A DNA stretch of 64,000 nucleotides. It comes from Octopus bimaculoides. Its lineage: Eukaryota. Positions 1 to 12,746 of this stretch are shown here, one piece after another. The translations under genes were made by a program, and so were the position numbers. Positions within the stretch are counted from its first letter, which is position 1. Every line of letters begins with the position of its first letter. The DNA lies in assembly GCF_001194135.2 (NCBI RefSeq), contig NC_068993.1, positions 10,518,318 through 10,582,317 of the forward strand, written 5' to 3'. A model generated the notes under the pieces. The model did not search any database and was not told the DNA's origin. It saw nothing but the letters and a program-made list of their open reading frames with translations.

Positions 1-42
<42 letters not shown>

Positions 43-304
43 AGATAAAACAAGCTGCCTTTTCTTCAATGGCATGTCTGTGATGGAGAACTTCTTGATT
101 CTGAGGATTATCTCCCCTCCTTATTTGGGATTACTTGCAATTGCTACAAAGTGTTTATTTACAATGTCTCTCAAAGTGAAGGTAATTTCTATAAATTTAG
201 AGCTTATCTTGTATATTATTTGTTATACCTTTACTCCACTTTTATTCAAATTTCTTCTTTTTTTTTTCTTAGGTCAACCAGCCATAAAAACTATGCCAAA
301 ACAG

Positions 305-528
305 ACACTTAAGCATGGTACAGTCTTCTGCTTAGCCAGCTCCTGTCAAATTGTCAACATTACCTGTACAGGTGCAACTGGGTGCCATATGTCAGACGTC
401 GAAATGATTGCAGCAATGTGAAATGAAGTGCTTTGCTCAAGAACAAAACACACTGCCCGGTCTGGGAATCGAACCCACGAACTCGCAATCGTGAGTACAG
501 CACTCTAACCACTAAGCCATGTGCCTTC
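305..528 (-). mobile_element. tRNA-derived SINE, family H (CORE-like centre)
   Basis: Minus strand reads ggcacatggcttagtggttagag (A box), gggttcgattccc (B box), then gttcttgagcaaagcacttcatttcac. Same layout at 34676, 38268 and 51888. Confidence 0.75.
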
Positions 529-1554
529 ATTGTATGTATATATAAAACCAATGTTTTCCCTGAGTCTTTTTATTTTAGTGTATGATATTCACATACATAC
601 ATTTATCCTCATATTGTTGCTCTATAAACCATACAGGTTACACGTTTAACTCTTATTTTCGCTTTGAAAAAAAAATTCTTTTTAAAGTCACATTTTAAAC
701 TACTCTAAGCTGACTGTGTTGTCCTGACCTGTCAACAGACTAGAAATTTCTACAAAATTACCGAAACAAATTCGTGTCCTCTTGTTTATTTTATTTATTT
801 TGTTTATCTATTTATTTATTCTCTCTTCACAGTCCAACGAAGCTATTGCTGAAAAACACTAAAAGAGAACACAAGGCGGAGAGGAGAGAGACAGAAAGAT
901 AGCNNNNNNNNNNNNNNNNNNNNNNNNNNNNNNNNNNNNNNNNNNNNNNNNNNNNNNNNNNNNNNNNNNNNNNNNNNNNNNNNNNNNNNNNNNNNNNNNN
1001 NNNNNNNGGGGGGGGGGAGATCGAGTGAGAGAGAAATTCTCAGATGACTCAATATCTAAATGTTGGTCATTAATAGAAGGCAGCTCAAATTTACCACTAG
1101 AATCTTTTATATATATCCTTTTATTATCTATTTGTGAATACATTTGTATGACTTCAGCTACTTAATTTAAAAGAAAACTTTTTCACCAAGAGCTTTATGT
1201 CTCTTTCCCTCCACCCACACAAACTCCTATTTTTATACCTGGTATAGCCTGAATTGCTTTTGTGTGAAAAGTTAGTTTTCTTCTTCGAAGTTACATTTAT
1301 TTGCTGTTAAAAAAAAATAAATAAATAAATAAAATGGAAGATTTTATTTGCTAAATACCAACTTCCTATATTTTAGGGAAAAAGAGGGATTATGATAAGT
1401 TCATGAATTTCTCATGAGTATTCGTGTCAACTTAACCCTTTTGCTTTTCGCCAACATCATTTTAATGTCCACTTTTCTATGCTTGCATGGGTCAGATGGA
1501 ATTTTTTGATGGAAAACTGTAATGAAGCATGTCATAAATTTCCAAAATAAGCTA

Positions 1555-1895
1555 TCATGGCTATATGATTAAGAAGCTTGCTTTGCAATCACATGCTTTT
1601 TGGTTCAGTCTCACTACAGGCTGACTAATAGCTTGTGAGTGAATTTGGTAGAGGGAAACTGTATGGAAGCCAGTCATATATACATATGTATATGTGTTTG
1701 TCTGAGTATAACCCCTCCACACACTACTTGACAATCAGTGCCCTTTTTTTACTTCCCCATTAGTGATTTCAGCAAGACACACAAAAACAATAAGTACAAG
1801 ACTTAAAAAATAAGCACTGAGATCAATTTGTTTGACTAAACCCATCAAGATGGTGTCCCAGCATGGCTGCAGTCCAATGACTGAAACCTGCAAAG
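1555..1895 (+). mobile_element. SINE family B, diverged near-full copy
   Basis: Head tggctatatgattaagaagcttgc...ggttcagtctcac, internal TA/TG tract, tail gactaaacccatcaagatggtgtcccagcatggctgcagtccaatgactgaaac. Confidence 0.7.
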
Positions 1896-2269
1896 GAAAA
1901 AAAAAAAGGTATGTTTTTTGCAGTTATATTTTGTTTTATGATCCATAAAGTGAAACCACTGAATTCAGCTGAGAAACATCGTTATAAAAGGAAACAGATT
2001 GAATTGGTTCCTACGAAACTGAATGTTTATTTTGGAACACAAAATAAAACTAGTGTAAACACATGACTTAGTATTAAATTGCACCATTGAATTATTAATT
2101 AATCTTGATGATGTAAGAAAATTAATTGTCCTTCAAATATTTATCATCACAATACAAATATCCCGTGTATTGTAATTCCTTTTGAACAGATCATCAGTGT
2201 TAATGATGTCATCTACAATTCTAATAAGCACTTGTTGTGTAACAGAGTTAGCCATTTCTTCTGTCTGTG

Positions 2270-2428
2270 ACTTCTCTCTGTCATTAGACTGTGGCCATGC
2301 TGCAGTACAACCTTGAAGAGTTTTTAGTAGAAAAAAATCCTAGTATTTATTTATTTTTTTTTAAAGATTGGTATTTATTCTGTTTGTCTTTAACCACTAA
2401 GTTAAAGGGAAATAAGCAAACCAACACC
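2270..2428 (-). mobile_element. SINE family B 3' half
   Basis: gtcattagactgtggccatgctg...aaaccaacaccag is the reverse complement of the B tail. Confidence 0.65.
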
Positions 2429-3400
2429 AGCTGGTTCGATAATTTCTAGAAGAGGACTGGTGTTCAGAGCATCATCAGGTATGAAGAAGCAGCAAGTTCT
2501 GACACAAAGACAGCTGAGGATTTCATGTGTGAATTCCATCAATTCATCACAGCCAAGGGGTACATTGCACAACAGCTATCCAACTGTGATGAAATTGGCC
2601 TTTTTTAAAAATAAAAATGTTCAGAAGAACCTACATAACTGCATAGGAGAAGAAAATGCCAGGCCACAAGCCTATGGAAGATAGGCTAACTCTCACCCTT
2701 TGTGCCAATGTAAGTGGAGACTTGAAGATTAAGCTACTCCTTGTCTACTATTCCCGAAACCCACAAGCATTGAAGTTGCACAAAATCCTAAAGGAGAAAC
2801 TGCAGGTCATGTGGAGAGCAAACATTAAAGCCTTGGTCACCAGGCAATTCTTCACTGAGTGGGTCAACCTTATCTTCGGAGCAGCAGTGAAAAAGAACCT
2901 TCTGGAGAATGATCTTCCTCTCATCTTCAACAATGGTCCTGCTCACCCTCTTAACCTTGAAGACGATATCCTGGATGAATTTAAATTCACAAAAGTTCTG
3001 TACCTTTCACGTAACACCACCCTATGGACCAACAGGGATTTCTAATTTAACTTGTACACCAAACACCTGCTTCGTTGGTGCTTTGAAGTCACCAAAAATA
3101 CAAATCCAACCCTTCGTGAGTTTTGGAAGGAGCACAACAACATTGCTAACTGTCTGAAAATCATTGATATGGCCTGGCAGGGTGTAATGAGGAGAAAAGT
3201 GAATTCTGCATGGAGGAAACTGTGACCTGACTGCACACCCGAAAGAGACTTAGAGGAGTTTGAGTCTGAGACAACTGTAGTCGAGGAGATAATACCTCTT
3301 GGCAAGTCCATGGACCTCGAGGTTAATGATGGGGACATTAACAATCTTGTTGAGGAACACTTGGAGGAGCTGACAACAGATGAACTCCTGCAGCTCCAGA
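2429..3400 (+). pseudogene. Tigger/pogo-family DDE transposase remnant (end of CENP-B HTH plus DDE domain)
   Basis: Translation across stops and frameshifts gives WFDNF*KRTG..EAASSD..AEDF, NCDEIGLF, MPGHKPMEDRLTLTLCANVSGDLKIKLLLVYYSRNPQA, EWVNLIFG, NNGPAHP, AWQGV..VNSAWRKL and EELTTDEL, all typical Tigger/TIGD1-like motifs. Confidence 0.92.
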
Positions 3401-3459
3401 TTTATGATTTACTGAAGATATATATATATATACACACACACAGTAGATATATTTTTTTA

Positions 3460-3795
3460 TCTTTTTACTTGTCTGTCATTTGACTGTGGCCATGCTGGAG
3501 CACTGCCTTGAAGGGTTTTAGTCAAACAAATTGCACCCAAGACTTATTTTTTGAAGCCTAGTACTTATTCTATTGATCTCTTTTTGCTAAACCACTAAGT
3601 TACAGGGACGCAAACACAGAAACACTAGTTGTCAAGCAGTGATGGGAGGACAAACACACACACACACACATATATATATATATGACAGGCTTATTTCAGT
3701 TTCCATCTACCTAATCCACTTACAAGCCTTTGGTCAGCCTGAGGCTATAGAAGACACTTAAACCTGGAACCATGTGGTTAGGAAGCAAGTTTCTT
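3460..3795 (-). mobile_element. SINE family B, near-full copy
   Basis: Tail (tttacttgtctgtcatttgactgtggccatgctggagcac), internal (CA)n(TA)n and head (aaccatgtggttaggaagcaagtttcttaccccacagccatgc). Confidence 0.85.
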
Positions 3796-3871
3796 ACCCC
3801 ACAGCCATGCTTATATATATATATATATATACATACATACATACATACACACACACGCACACATACACGCA

Positions 3872-4025
3872 ATGATCTTTCAGTTTCCATCTACCAAATT
3901 CACCCACAAGATTTTGGTTGGCCCAGGGCTAAAGTAAAAGTCACCCCCCAGTTGCAGCACAGTGGGTCTGAACCAGAGACCATACAGCTGCGAAGCAAGC
4001 TTCTCAACCACACAGCCACACCTGT
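3872..4025 (-). mobile_element. SINE family B head
   Basis: ctttcagtttccatctaccaaattcac...cttctcaaccacacagccac. Confidence 0.75.
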
Positions 4026-4547
4026 GCTAATGCTTACATTTTTTTTCTTTTTTAATTGGGTGGATATTCAAATTCTCCAAAAATTTTACAAGAGACATTC
4101 ACAAAACTGACATTCTATGACTTTTGCTTCTCTGCAAAATTCTTTATTTTCATTCAGCTTTTTTTGTTTTTTATTCATTTTTCCAAAATTCTCCAGATTA
4201 CTTTAATACCATGTTTGTTTATATTTTATACTAACTTACCAGTATTTCAGTTCTTTCGTTCTAATTCTAATGAAATACATCAACAACTGATATCTCCTAC
4301 CCTCTACATTTTTGTGTTTTTCTTTTTTATAAGGAAAATGGAAGAAAATGCTTGGATCTATGTAAGACAAATGGTTTTTGAGCCAACAAAAAGAAAAGAT
4401 ACATTAGACGGTGTAGTCCTAGATACACAATCACTAAAATGATAGGAATGTCTTTGATAATTGATCTGCTTGATCAGGCAAGTGTTCTTGTTATTGTTAA
4501 ATAACGAGGTTCAAACATCTTCAGAAATATAGAACATGGAGCAAGAA

Positions 4548-5246
4548 GGGTACTCTAACAAGCTGACTTGTAGAGAGAGGACAGTACTCTATCAGGCTGA
4601 CTTGTAGAGAGAGGAGGGTACTCTATCAGGCTGACTTGTAGAGAGAGGATGGTACTCTAATCAGGCTGACTTGTAGAGAGGGGAGGGTACTCTATCAGNN
4701 NNNNNNNNNNNNNNNNNNNNNNNNNNNNNNNNNNNNNNNNNNNNNNNNNNNNNNNNNNNNNNNNNNNNNNNNNNNNNNNNNNNNNNNNNNNNNNNNNNNN
4801 NNNNNNNNNNNNNNNNNNNNNNNNNNNNNNNNNNNNNNNNNNNNNNNNNNNNNNNNNNNNNNNNNNNNNNNNNNNNNNNNNNNNNNNNNNNNNNNNNNNN
4901 NNNNNNNNNNNNNNNNNNNNNNNNNNNNNNNNNNNNNNNNNNNNNNNNNNNNNNNNNNNNNNNNNNNNNNNNNNNNNNNNNNNNNNNNNNNNNNNNNNNN
5001 NNNNNNNNNNNNNNNNNAGTACTCTATCAGGCTGACTTGTAGAGAGAGGAGGGTACTCTATCAGGCTGACTTGTAGAGAGAGGATGGTACTCTAATCAGG
5101 CTGACTTGTAGAGAGGGGAGGGTACTCTATCAGGCTGACTTGTAGAGAGGGGACGGTACTCTATCAGGCTGACTTGTAGAGAGAGGACGGTACTCTATCA
5201 GGCTGACTTGTAGAGAGAGGACGGTACTCTATCAGGTTGACTTGCT
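4548..5246 (+). repeat. 34-bp minisatellite (actctatcaggctgacttgtagagagaggagggt)n spanning an assembly gap
   Basis: Near-identical 33-35 bp units on both sides of the gap at 4699-5017. Confidence 0.95.
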
Positions 5247-5304
5247 CTAAATTTTTTCCTATTATTAGTAATATTACAAAGGTGTTTTGCAAACAGAATC
5301 ATTA

Positions 5305-5500
5305 GAGAAGCAGAAACAATGGTATTGCAGTTTTTGTTCTGATTCCCTACTTTCTGAGTTCAAATTCTGCTGAAGTCAACTTTGCCTTTTTTTTTCTTTT
5401 AGCATCAATGAACTAAAGTACCAATCAAATACTGGGGTTGGCGGTATTGACTAACCTTAAATCCATTAAATTCATTCACTTGCGTCATTGTTTTGCTAAT
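5305..5500 (+). mobile_element. SINE family D, diverged
   Basis: ctgagttcaaattctgctgaagtcaactttgcc...aaagtaccaatcaaatactggggttgg matches the D consensus seen at 23535. Confidence 0.65.
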
Positions 5501-6224
5501 ATATTACAAAGATTAGGGATGGTAATAACGTGAAGTCATAGCTGAGTGCTTATTTAATATTAAAAATAATTTATCTGCTGGACTAATTTTGATCAAGATA
5601 TTGATCAAAAATACAATTCGACATTCTCTCAAAGAAAACGAAAATCAATATGCATTTGTAAATGTTTTTAATTAGCAAATAAGTCATGTTAATGGTTTTA
5701 AACATATAAACACAACAAATACTTATCTAACACTTAAGGTCTATAGTAATGTCTATTAATTGCAGACGAACGAAAATGGCTCTCACTCTGTCCGTCTCCC
5801 TCTTTCTTTCTTGTTCTCTTTCTATTTAAGAGAGAGAGTGTTATATAATCCCAGGTTAGTCCTGGTTGAGAAGACCTGTCATCAAGGGTGTTCCAACAAT
5901 GACCATCACATCTTTCTGTATATATGCATTCTCTGTATTACAGAAATATTGTGTTTCTGGAAATCTTGCCGTAACTTGGAATTTTCTTATGAAAGCCCTA
6001 TTTTCTCAGAATTCAAAGGGGGTAAATAGGGATTCCATGTGCTGGCAAGATTTTGAGATTTTCAAAACATGCAACATTTCCATAACATAAAGAATGTCTG
6101 TCTGATTGTCCAATTAATCCTTTATTTAAGATGCTTAGGTATGATTGGGGGCAGAGAGATTTAGCTACTGTGTCTAGCAGATCAAGTCTGTGTGAATAGG
6201 TTCATTATGTATTTACAGCTGAAT

Positions 6225-6445
6225 AAAGCAGGTAGAATATTTGGGTTGGGTATGGCCAGTTTAAATGCGAAAGGGTTAAACTGGTTATGTATGACCAACA
6301 TATTCTATTTTATGGCCTCTCGCATCTGTCTTTCAATGCCATTCTACAGATAACTAATCACATTGTCAAAACCTTAAAGCTATGAGACAATACATGATTA
6401 ATTCAAAACAATATGAATTAATAAGCTTTGAAGGCTAAAAGGTTA
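6225..6445. mobile_element. TTAA-flanked MITE family G, two head-to-head partial copies
   Basis: ggccagtttaaatgcgaaagggttaa followed by a diverged body similar to 45920-46130 and to the reverse complement of 36910-37131. Confidence 0.55.
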
Positions 6446-7017
6446 GACTCAAAACTCAGAAAGCTCTCAGAGTCAGGTCCTGGATAGGACATTTTATTTA
6501 GTTTGACATTCTTCCATTTCTTCCAAATTTCCCACTTTACATTCTTTTCTATCCTAACGAAGTGGGTTGTGTTTGTTTAAGTGGCAGATAAAGAACTACA
6601 TTGAAGTGAATTAGTCATTGTGCTCTCATTCACAACCTCACCATGCATACAATATTGCCTTAGCTGTTTTCTCTGCAGTAACTAGTTCTATTCAATCAAA
6701 CTATACAGGTTTTCTTGACTGAGGCTAGCTCAGGAATGAGATATAAAGTATTTGAAGCTAATGGCCTCAATGGGGGATCAAAATATTTTAATTTTTAGGT
6801 TTCTTTTACTCAAGAGGGTAAGAGCAAAGCTCATGACCCTGCATAGGGCCTCAGATTGATAGGAGCAAAGGAAGAGAGAGGAAAGAAATTACCCTCAAAT
6901 TGTAAAGCTAGCCTGAATGCCTGCAACAGAGTGTAATAAAAAAAATGCGTAGTAGCTTCTTTCTGGCAGTCTTTACACTTGCCAATGGATGAGAGTCAAA
7001 CAAATTAGATTTTATAT

Positions 7018-7322
7018 ATCATCATCATCTAGCATCTGTTTTCCATGCCGGCATGGGTTTGATGGTTTGAATGGAACTGGTAAGCCAGAATGCTCTACCA
7101 GGCTCCAGTCTGATTTGGTCTGGTTTCTATGGCTGGATCCCGTTCCTAATGTCAAACACTCCATGAGTGTTGTGGATGCCTTTTATGGAACCTTTGACCG
7201 AGGACTGGCGAACCAGATGGCTGCAGCAGGCTCCAATCTGATCTGGCAGAGTTTCTACAGCTGGATGCCCTTCCTAACGCCAACCACTCCGAGAGTGTAG
7301 CGAACCACTCCGAGAGTGTAGT
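7018..7322 (-). mobile_element. Two tandem RTE-LINE 3'-end copies (family C)
   Basis: Both carry rc(ggttggcgttaggaagggcatccagc...gccagatcagattggagcc). There is a 19-bp local duplication aaccactccgagagtgtag, and (TA)n follows. Confidence 0.85.
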
Positions 7323-8274
7323 CTATATATATATATATATATGTATACTTACATAACAAACACAACTTCCATTCATGAATACAAACAGGCATACACGATT
7401 ACATCAGTCCATCGATACATACATTCTTACAGACATAATCACAAATTTACACATATATAAATACTATTCACATTTGGCAATATATAGAGTGTGAAAAATT
7501 AAAAAAAAGAAATAAAAAGAAAGAAAGAAACAAACAAAACAGTATCCATAACCTATTACCATAATATGTCAATCAAAATGAATGTTCTAATTTACAATAC
7601 AAATCATTTCTATTTTAAATATATAAAATTCATAGGCGAGTATTTATTGTGTTGCTAGCCATATAAAGACCCCCATGCTTCATAAATAATGCAAGTATTG
7701 GATACTGCATATAAGTAATATGCATATCATGAGTTGAATTCATTGAATATCATTTATTAGTTGAAATATTCAGTGTTAAAATACGGACATTTGTCTGAAA
7801 TTAAGTGTGTCATAACTAAATGAATTTCATTTCTTTTTCATTCTCTCTGCCAGTCTCTCTCCCCACTCTTTAATAAGAGAGAAAAAAGGAAGAAATCTGT
7901 GTGTGTGTGTGTGTGTGTCATCATTTTTTTGTTTCATCTTTTCTCTCTTTATTTCTTTACTTATTTATTTATCTATGTATTTGCTTATTGACCAACATAA
8001 CGGGGCAAACAATTTGAATTATCCATGTGACATTACTATGATTCTAAAATTTGACCTAGAACAGTCCAGTGGGAAATGTATTTATCGCCAGCTCTATAAA
8101 CTCATAGGTCTTCGGCACGTAATGGTTTGGTAAGTGCTAACACATCAAACACTTGGACCTTGAGTCATTCTGTTACTTCTGCTAAATATTAATAAAAATT
8201 TCCATACACTCATATTTTGAGTTCTATTTTCCCTTTTTGCATCAACATACCTGTGTGAATATGTGTGTGTGTAC

Positions 8275-8650
8275 CCATGCCAGTGGTACGTTAAAAGCAT
8301 CTTTGGAGCATTGGGCCTCAGGGAGGCAAAGTGGCTGAGTTCCTTTTGAGCATTGGGCCTCACAGAGGCAAAGTGGCTAAGATCCTTTCAAGTGTTGGGC
8401 CTCACAGAGGCAATCGCCAATACCTTTGGCACTATGTTGTACTTAAGAAGACCCATCAAGCCAAGCGAAATTGCTGTCATGGTAGATATTGGTGTCAAGC
8501 TGGTGGCACATAAACACACCCATTACACCCTCAGAGTGGTTGACATTAGGAAGGGCATCCAGCCATAGAAAACCATGCCAAATCAGACTGGAGTCTGGTC
8601 CAGCTTTCCTGCTTACCAGCTCTGGTCAAACCATCTAACCCATGCTAACC
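8275..8650 (+). mobile_element. RTE-derived 3' end with a 42-bp triplication of the LGLTEA-coding segment
   Basis: ttgggcctca at 8311, 8353 and 8395, then LWHYVVLKKTHQAK and the C tail (agagtggttgacattaggaagggcatccagcc). Confidence 0.8.
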
Positions 8651-9680
8651 TAAGCTCTGTAAAAGAATTCAGAAGGTTGGGCGTTCGCAATCCCCTTAAA
8701 AAAAGGAACTTTTCAGCAGCCTCTCATATATGTATGTATGTCTATATAATGCATGTATATAAATATGTATACATGTATGTATGTATATAAATGTGTATGT
8801 GTGTGTATTAAAAACATCACTATCCTAGATTTCAAATATTTTCCTTTGATATCAGTTTTCAGTTATATTATGAAAAAGAAGTTTTTTTTTATATAAAATT
8901 ATTACAAAAAAATTGAAGAAAATATTTCAAACTAGATTAACGAAAAAGACCAGTAAAATAAACCTCTGACAAACAGTAACATAAAACACAAGATAAAAAA
9001 AAAAAAGGAACTACGATATCATTTTAGTGCCTTATAGATTGATATCTTTGAGGTTTACTTCTTGCCTTGCAGTTTGCCTTATAAGGTTATTTTGTTGCCT
9101 TATAAGGTAAAGAGATCATTAACTGATGTGTCTATATGATTGTTCAACAACAAAAGTAAATTATTGTATGTGTGATAATTGGTTTTCACAAAAAAATAAA
9201 CAAACAAATAAATAAAAAATAAACAGGAGAATGTCAAGAAATAAATGACAAAAAAAAAAAGAATTACAGGGACACATATAGGTCAGTTTAAATAAATAAA
9301 TATACATGAGAAGAAATTAAGAGTGGGAGTAACAATGAAACGACTTATACTGAGTGTATTTTAACCTAGAAATCGAAGTTTAAGCCCAAATATTTCTCTA
9401 CTGGAACAATATGCTAATTGATGAACATGAATAAAAGAGAAAAGAGCAGTGGCTGAAGATACTGAAGATACACATAGACAATACAGTGTGAAAGGTTCTT
9501 ATTGTGATTGCTTTGGGTGAAGTGTATTAGATCACAATAACCAGTTGATAACATAAAGTAAATAGTTTGGGCATCCATTAATTCTGATGACTTTAAGTCA
9601 TTGGTATTCATAATTAAGTAGGTTCCACTATGGTTGTGTGTGTATACATTTACACAAATATATGTACACACACACACACA

Positions 9681-9711
<31 letters not shown>

Positions 9712-10383
9712 NNNNNNNNNNNNNNNNNNNNNNNNNNNNNNNNNNNNNNNNNNNNNNNNNNNNNNNNNNNNNNNNNNNNNNNNNNNNNNNNNNNNNNNNN
9801 NNNNNNNNNNNNNNNNNNNNNNNNNNNNNNNNNNNNNNNNNNNNNNNNNNNNNNNNNNNNNNNNNNNNNNNNNNNNNNNNNNNNNNNNNNNNNNNNNNNN
9901 NNNNNNNNNNNNNNNNNNNNNNNNNNNNNNNNNNNNNNNNNNNNNNNNNNNNNNNNNNNNNNNNNNNNNNNNNNNNNNNNNNNNNNNNNNNNNNNNNNNN
10001 NNNNNNNNNNNNNNNNNNNNNNNNNNNNNNNNNNNNNNNNNNNNNNNNNNNNNNNNNNNNNNNNNNNNNNNNNNNNNNNNNNNNNNNNNNNNNNNNNNNN
10101 NNNNNNNNNNNNNNNNNNNNNNNNNNNNNNNNNNNNNNNNNNNNNNNNNNNNNNNNNNNNNNNNNNNNNNNNNNNNNNNNNNNNNNNNNNNNNNNNNNNN
10201 NNNNNNNNNNNNNNNNNNNNNNNNNNNNNNNNNNNNNNNNNNNNNNNNNNNNNNNNNNNNNNNNNNNNNNNNNNNNNNNNNNNNNNNNNNNNNNNNNNNN
10301 NNNNNNNNNNNNNNNNNNATATATATATATATATATATATAAAAAGCCTGTGACTGTATATGTGTGCGTGTATATATTGTGTG

Positions 10384-10426
<43 letters not shown>

Positions 10427-10701
10427 CTACCCATGCTAACATGAAAGGTGGATGTTAAAGGGCGACGATGATGCGTGTATGTGTATACAGATATGCTTGT
10501 GTATGCGCATACAAACACACATATACACACACACACACTTCCCTATGGAAGTCTGAGTGAGTCATATGTAATTTATGAAATATCAATCAAAATATACAGT
10601 CACATAAAAGGAACATATTTCAACACAATCATTATTCATTAGTCTGTTTTGAATCTTTTCAAAATACATTTCAAAATGAAGTCTGACATTTTCAATTATT
10701 A

Positions 10702-10738
<37 letters not shown>

Positions 10739-12335
10739 GATTATTATCATCATCAGCGTCTTTATTATTATTACTATCATTATTATGCAAAAAATAATGT
10801 TATTGATTTCTTACATAAACACAAAGCATCAGTTTTGGAAAGGAGTTGGGTAGCTGTATTTTAGTGTGTTTAATTTTGTAGTTTGCAGGTTATTTTGTTT
10901 GATGATGGTGAACTTTCCCTGTATTGAATTGACGACAGTGGACTTACTGGACATGGAATCTCTCCGAGAACTACATTAAGGCTACACATGTCTGTGGAAT
11001 ACTCAACCACTTGCAGATATCAAACTCATGATCTGATAATCATGAGCCAAATACTCTAACTACTAAGCTACATGCCCCCTAAAAGAGAAAAAGAACAGCA
11101 GACATACAAACATGATTTCGAGCATGTATCTATCACATTGCTTGTTAAGAGACTGCCCCGATTACACTACACCATGCTTGCCACTCCCTCTCTATCTCTC
11201 AAATTTGGGAGGAATTTAAATCTATTTTCCCTGCTTATTTTCATTTTTATCTTGTTTTTTAATAATGCTATTTTTATCACCACATGATAATTGGTCAGTT
11301 CGCATGCTTAGTAGGATAGGTTATGTAACCACTTATTTAAATAAATAGGTTTGTTGTAAATTAATTGTGGATTATTACATTGGGGAAAACACTTCTGGGG
11401 ATCGATTTGATCAACTAACTCTTTCAAGACAGTACCTCCAATGATATTGTATGTAAAAGAATATATTCTGTCCAAGCTGAAGTTTTCTATTTCTTGGGCC
11501 TTCTTCAAAGCAAATGTGCAGCAGATGGGAAACTTGATGTTGTGATGAAGCAAGGATATGGCTTTGAATGAATAAACTCTAACACATGTATTAAGTAGCT
11601 TTTCTCTCAATTTTACGTCCAAAGGTATATATTTGTATATATGCACAGGCATTGCTGAGTGGTTAAGAAGTTCACTCTGCAAACCACAAGTTTTCAGGTT
11701 CAGTCCCACTGTGTGCCACCTTGAGCAGATGTTTATTACTACATATCATTTCGGCCAGTCTTGGAGGACCTATAATGGTCATAATAAAAACTATGAACTT
11801 CCCATGCCATGCCCCTTCTTCCTGACAGTGACACCCTTCTCCCACCAAAAAATATTGATTGGAACAAGCTAAGAGGGACAATTATGGAACTTAGAGTCTC
11901 TCTAGTTTAACACAAGTTATAATAAATATTTGTCCTGAGCAAGATATGAAACTGTAACTCATGGTTTAGGCTCCAGCTTGAGAATTCAGTAGTTTTTAGG
12001 GAATATTGAACCACTTCTTAGTCACAACTATTCTCATGTCCACTCTGGCACAAAGTGGTATTACTGATTGTGAATGCCATTTACAAATCAGAAAGCAGAA
12101 GACGGTCCTGTAGCTAAGGCATATATAAAATTTGGAGGAGGGCTGGTCCAGGCCCACTGATGTGTGGAGATGCCTTGACATCATGTGAACAAGTCCTTCT
12201 GCTTAAGTGTTAAATAGTCCTTGTGCCTAAAGGGTAAGCTCAAGAGAGCAGGAAACTAGCAAAGTAAACAGTAAATAATGTAATCGGTAATATTTATTCC
12301 CACTTAAAATGTAGATGTGCTGTTAGAAAAAAAAA

Positions 12336-12746
12336 CTATCTCTAGCAGTTGAGCATACAACACTGATGAGACCAAGGAAGGTTGAAATCTGGTGGTCTCA
12401 GTATTGGAGTTGGTGGGGAGTAATCTCCCTACTAATGGTATAAACAAGTGTGCGTTTTGTACCAAAAGCCTATATGAGAATTTTTCTGGTGGTAAAAGAA
12501 AGCTCACTGGCTAATTGTAACACCAGTGCTTGTTCAGGCACTAATTGCTAGTGTGGAGATGGGTCACTGCTATCTCTAGTGGTTGAGCAACCATCACTGA
12601 TGAGTCTAAGGAAGGTCAAAACCACATGATCTGGTGGTCTCGGAGCAGGAGTTGGTAGGGAGTAGTTTTCCTGCCTGCTAGCAAATATAAACAGATGTGC
12701 ATTTTGCACCTAAAGCCTATATGAGAGTTTCTCTGGTGGTAAAAGA
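12336..12746 (+). repeat. Diverged direct repeat pair (about 165-177 bp units, period about 234-246 bp), each with a hammerhead-like core
   Basis: 12336-12500 and 12570-12746 align throughout. Cores are ctgatgagaccaaggaaggttgaaa (12363) and ctgatgagtctaaggaaggtcaaaaccacatgatctggtggtc (12597). Confidence 0.8.

Noticed and set aside
720-800. Hammerhead-like ctga..gtc-aaca-gac..gaaa
   Set aside because: The core reads CTGACCT rather than CTGANGA, and there is no stem I or stem III.
4548-5246. CRISPR-like regular repeat
   Set aside because: The units are contiguous with no unique spacers and the context is eukaryotic, so this is a minisatellite.
9414-10536. Long ORFs of 230-436 aa here and at 14.2, 33.0, 40.8, 43.7, 52.3 and 57.6 kb
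   Set aside because: They consist of N-gaps plus (TA)n/(CA)n translations (YIYI, HTHT) and are not genes.
11308-11709. 133-aa minus-strand ORF that looks protein-like
   Set aside because: It overlaps a B head and a degenerate B tail (ctggggatcgatttgatcaactaac), so it is repeat-derived.
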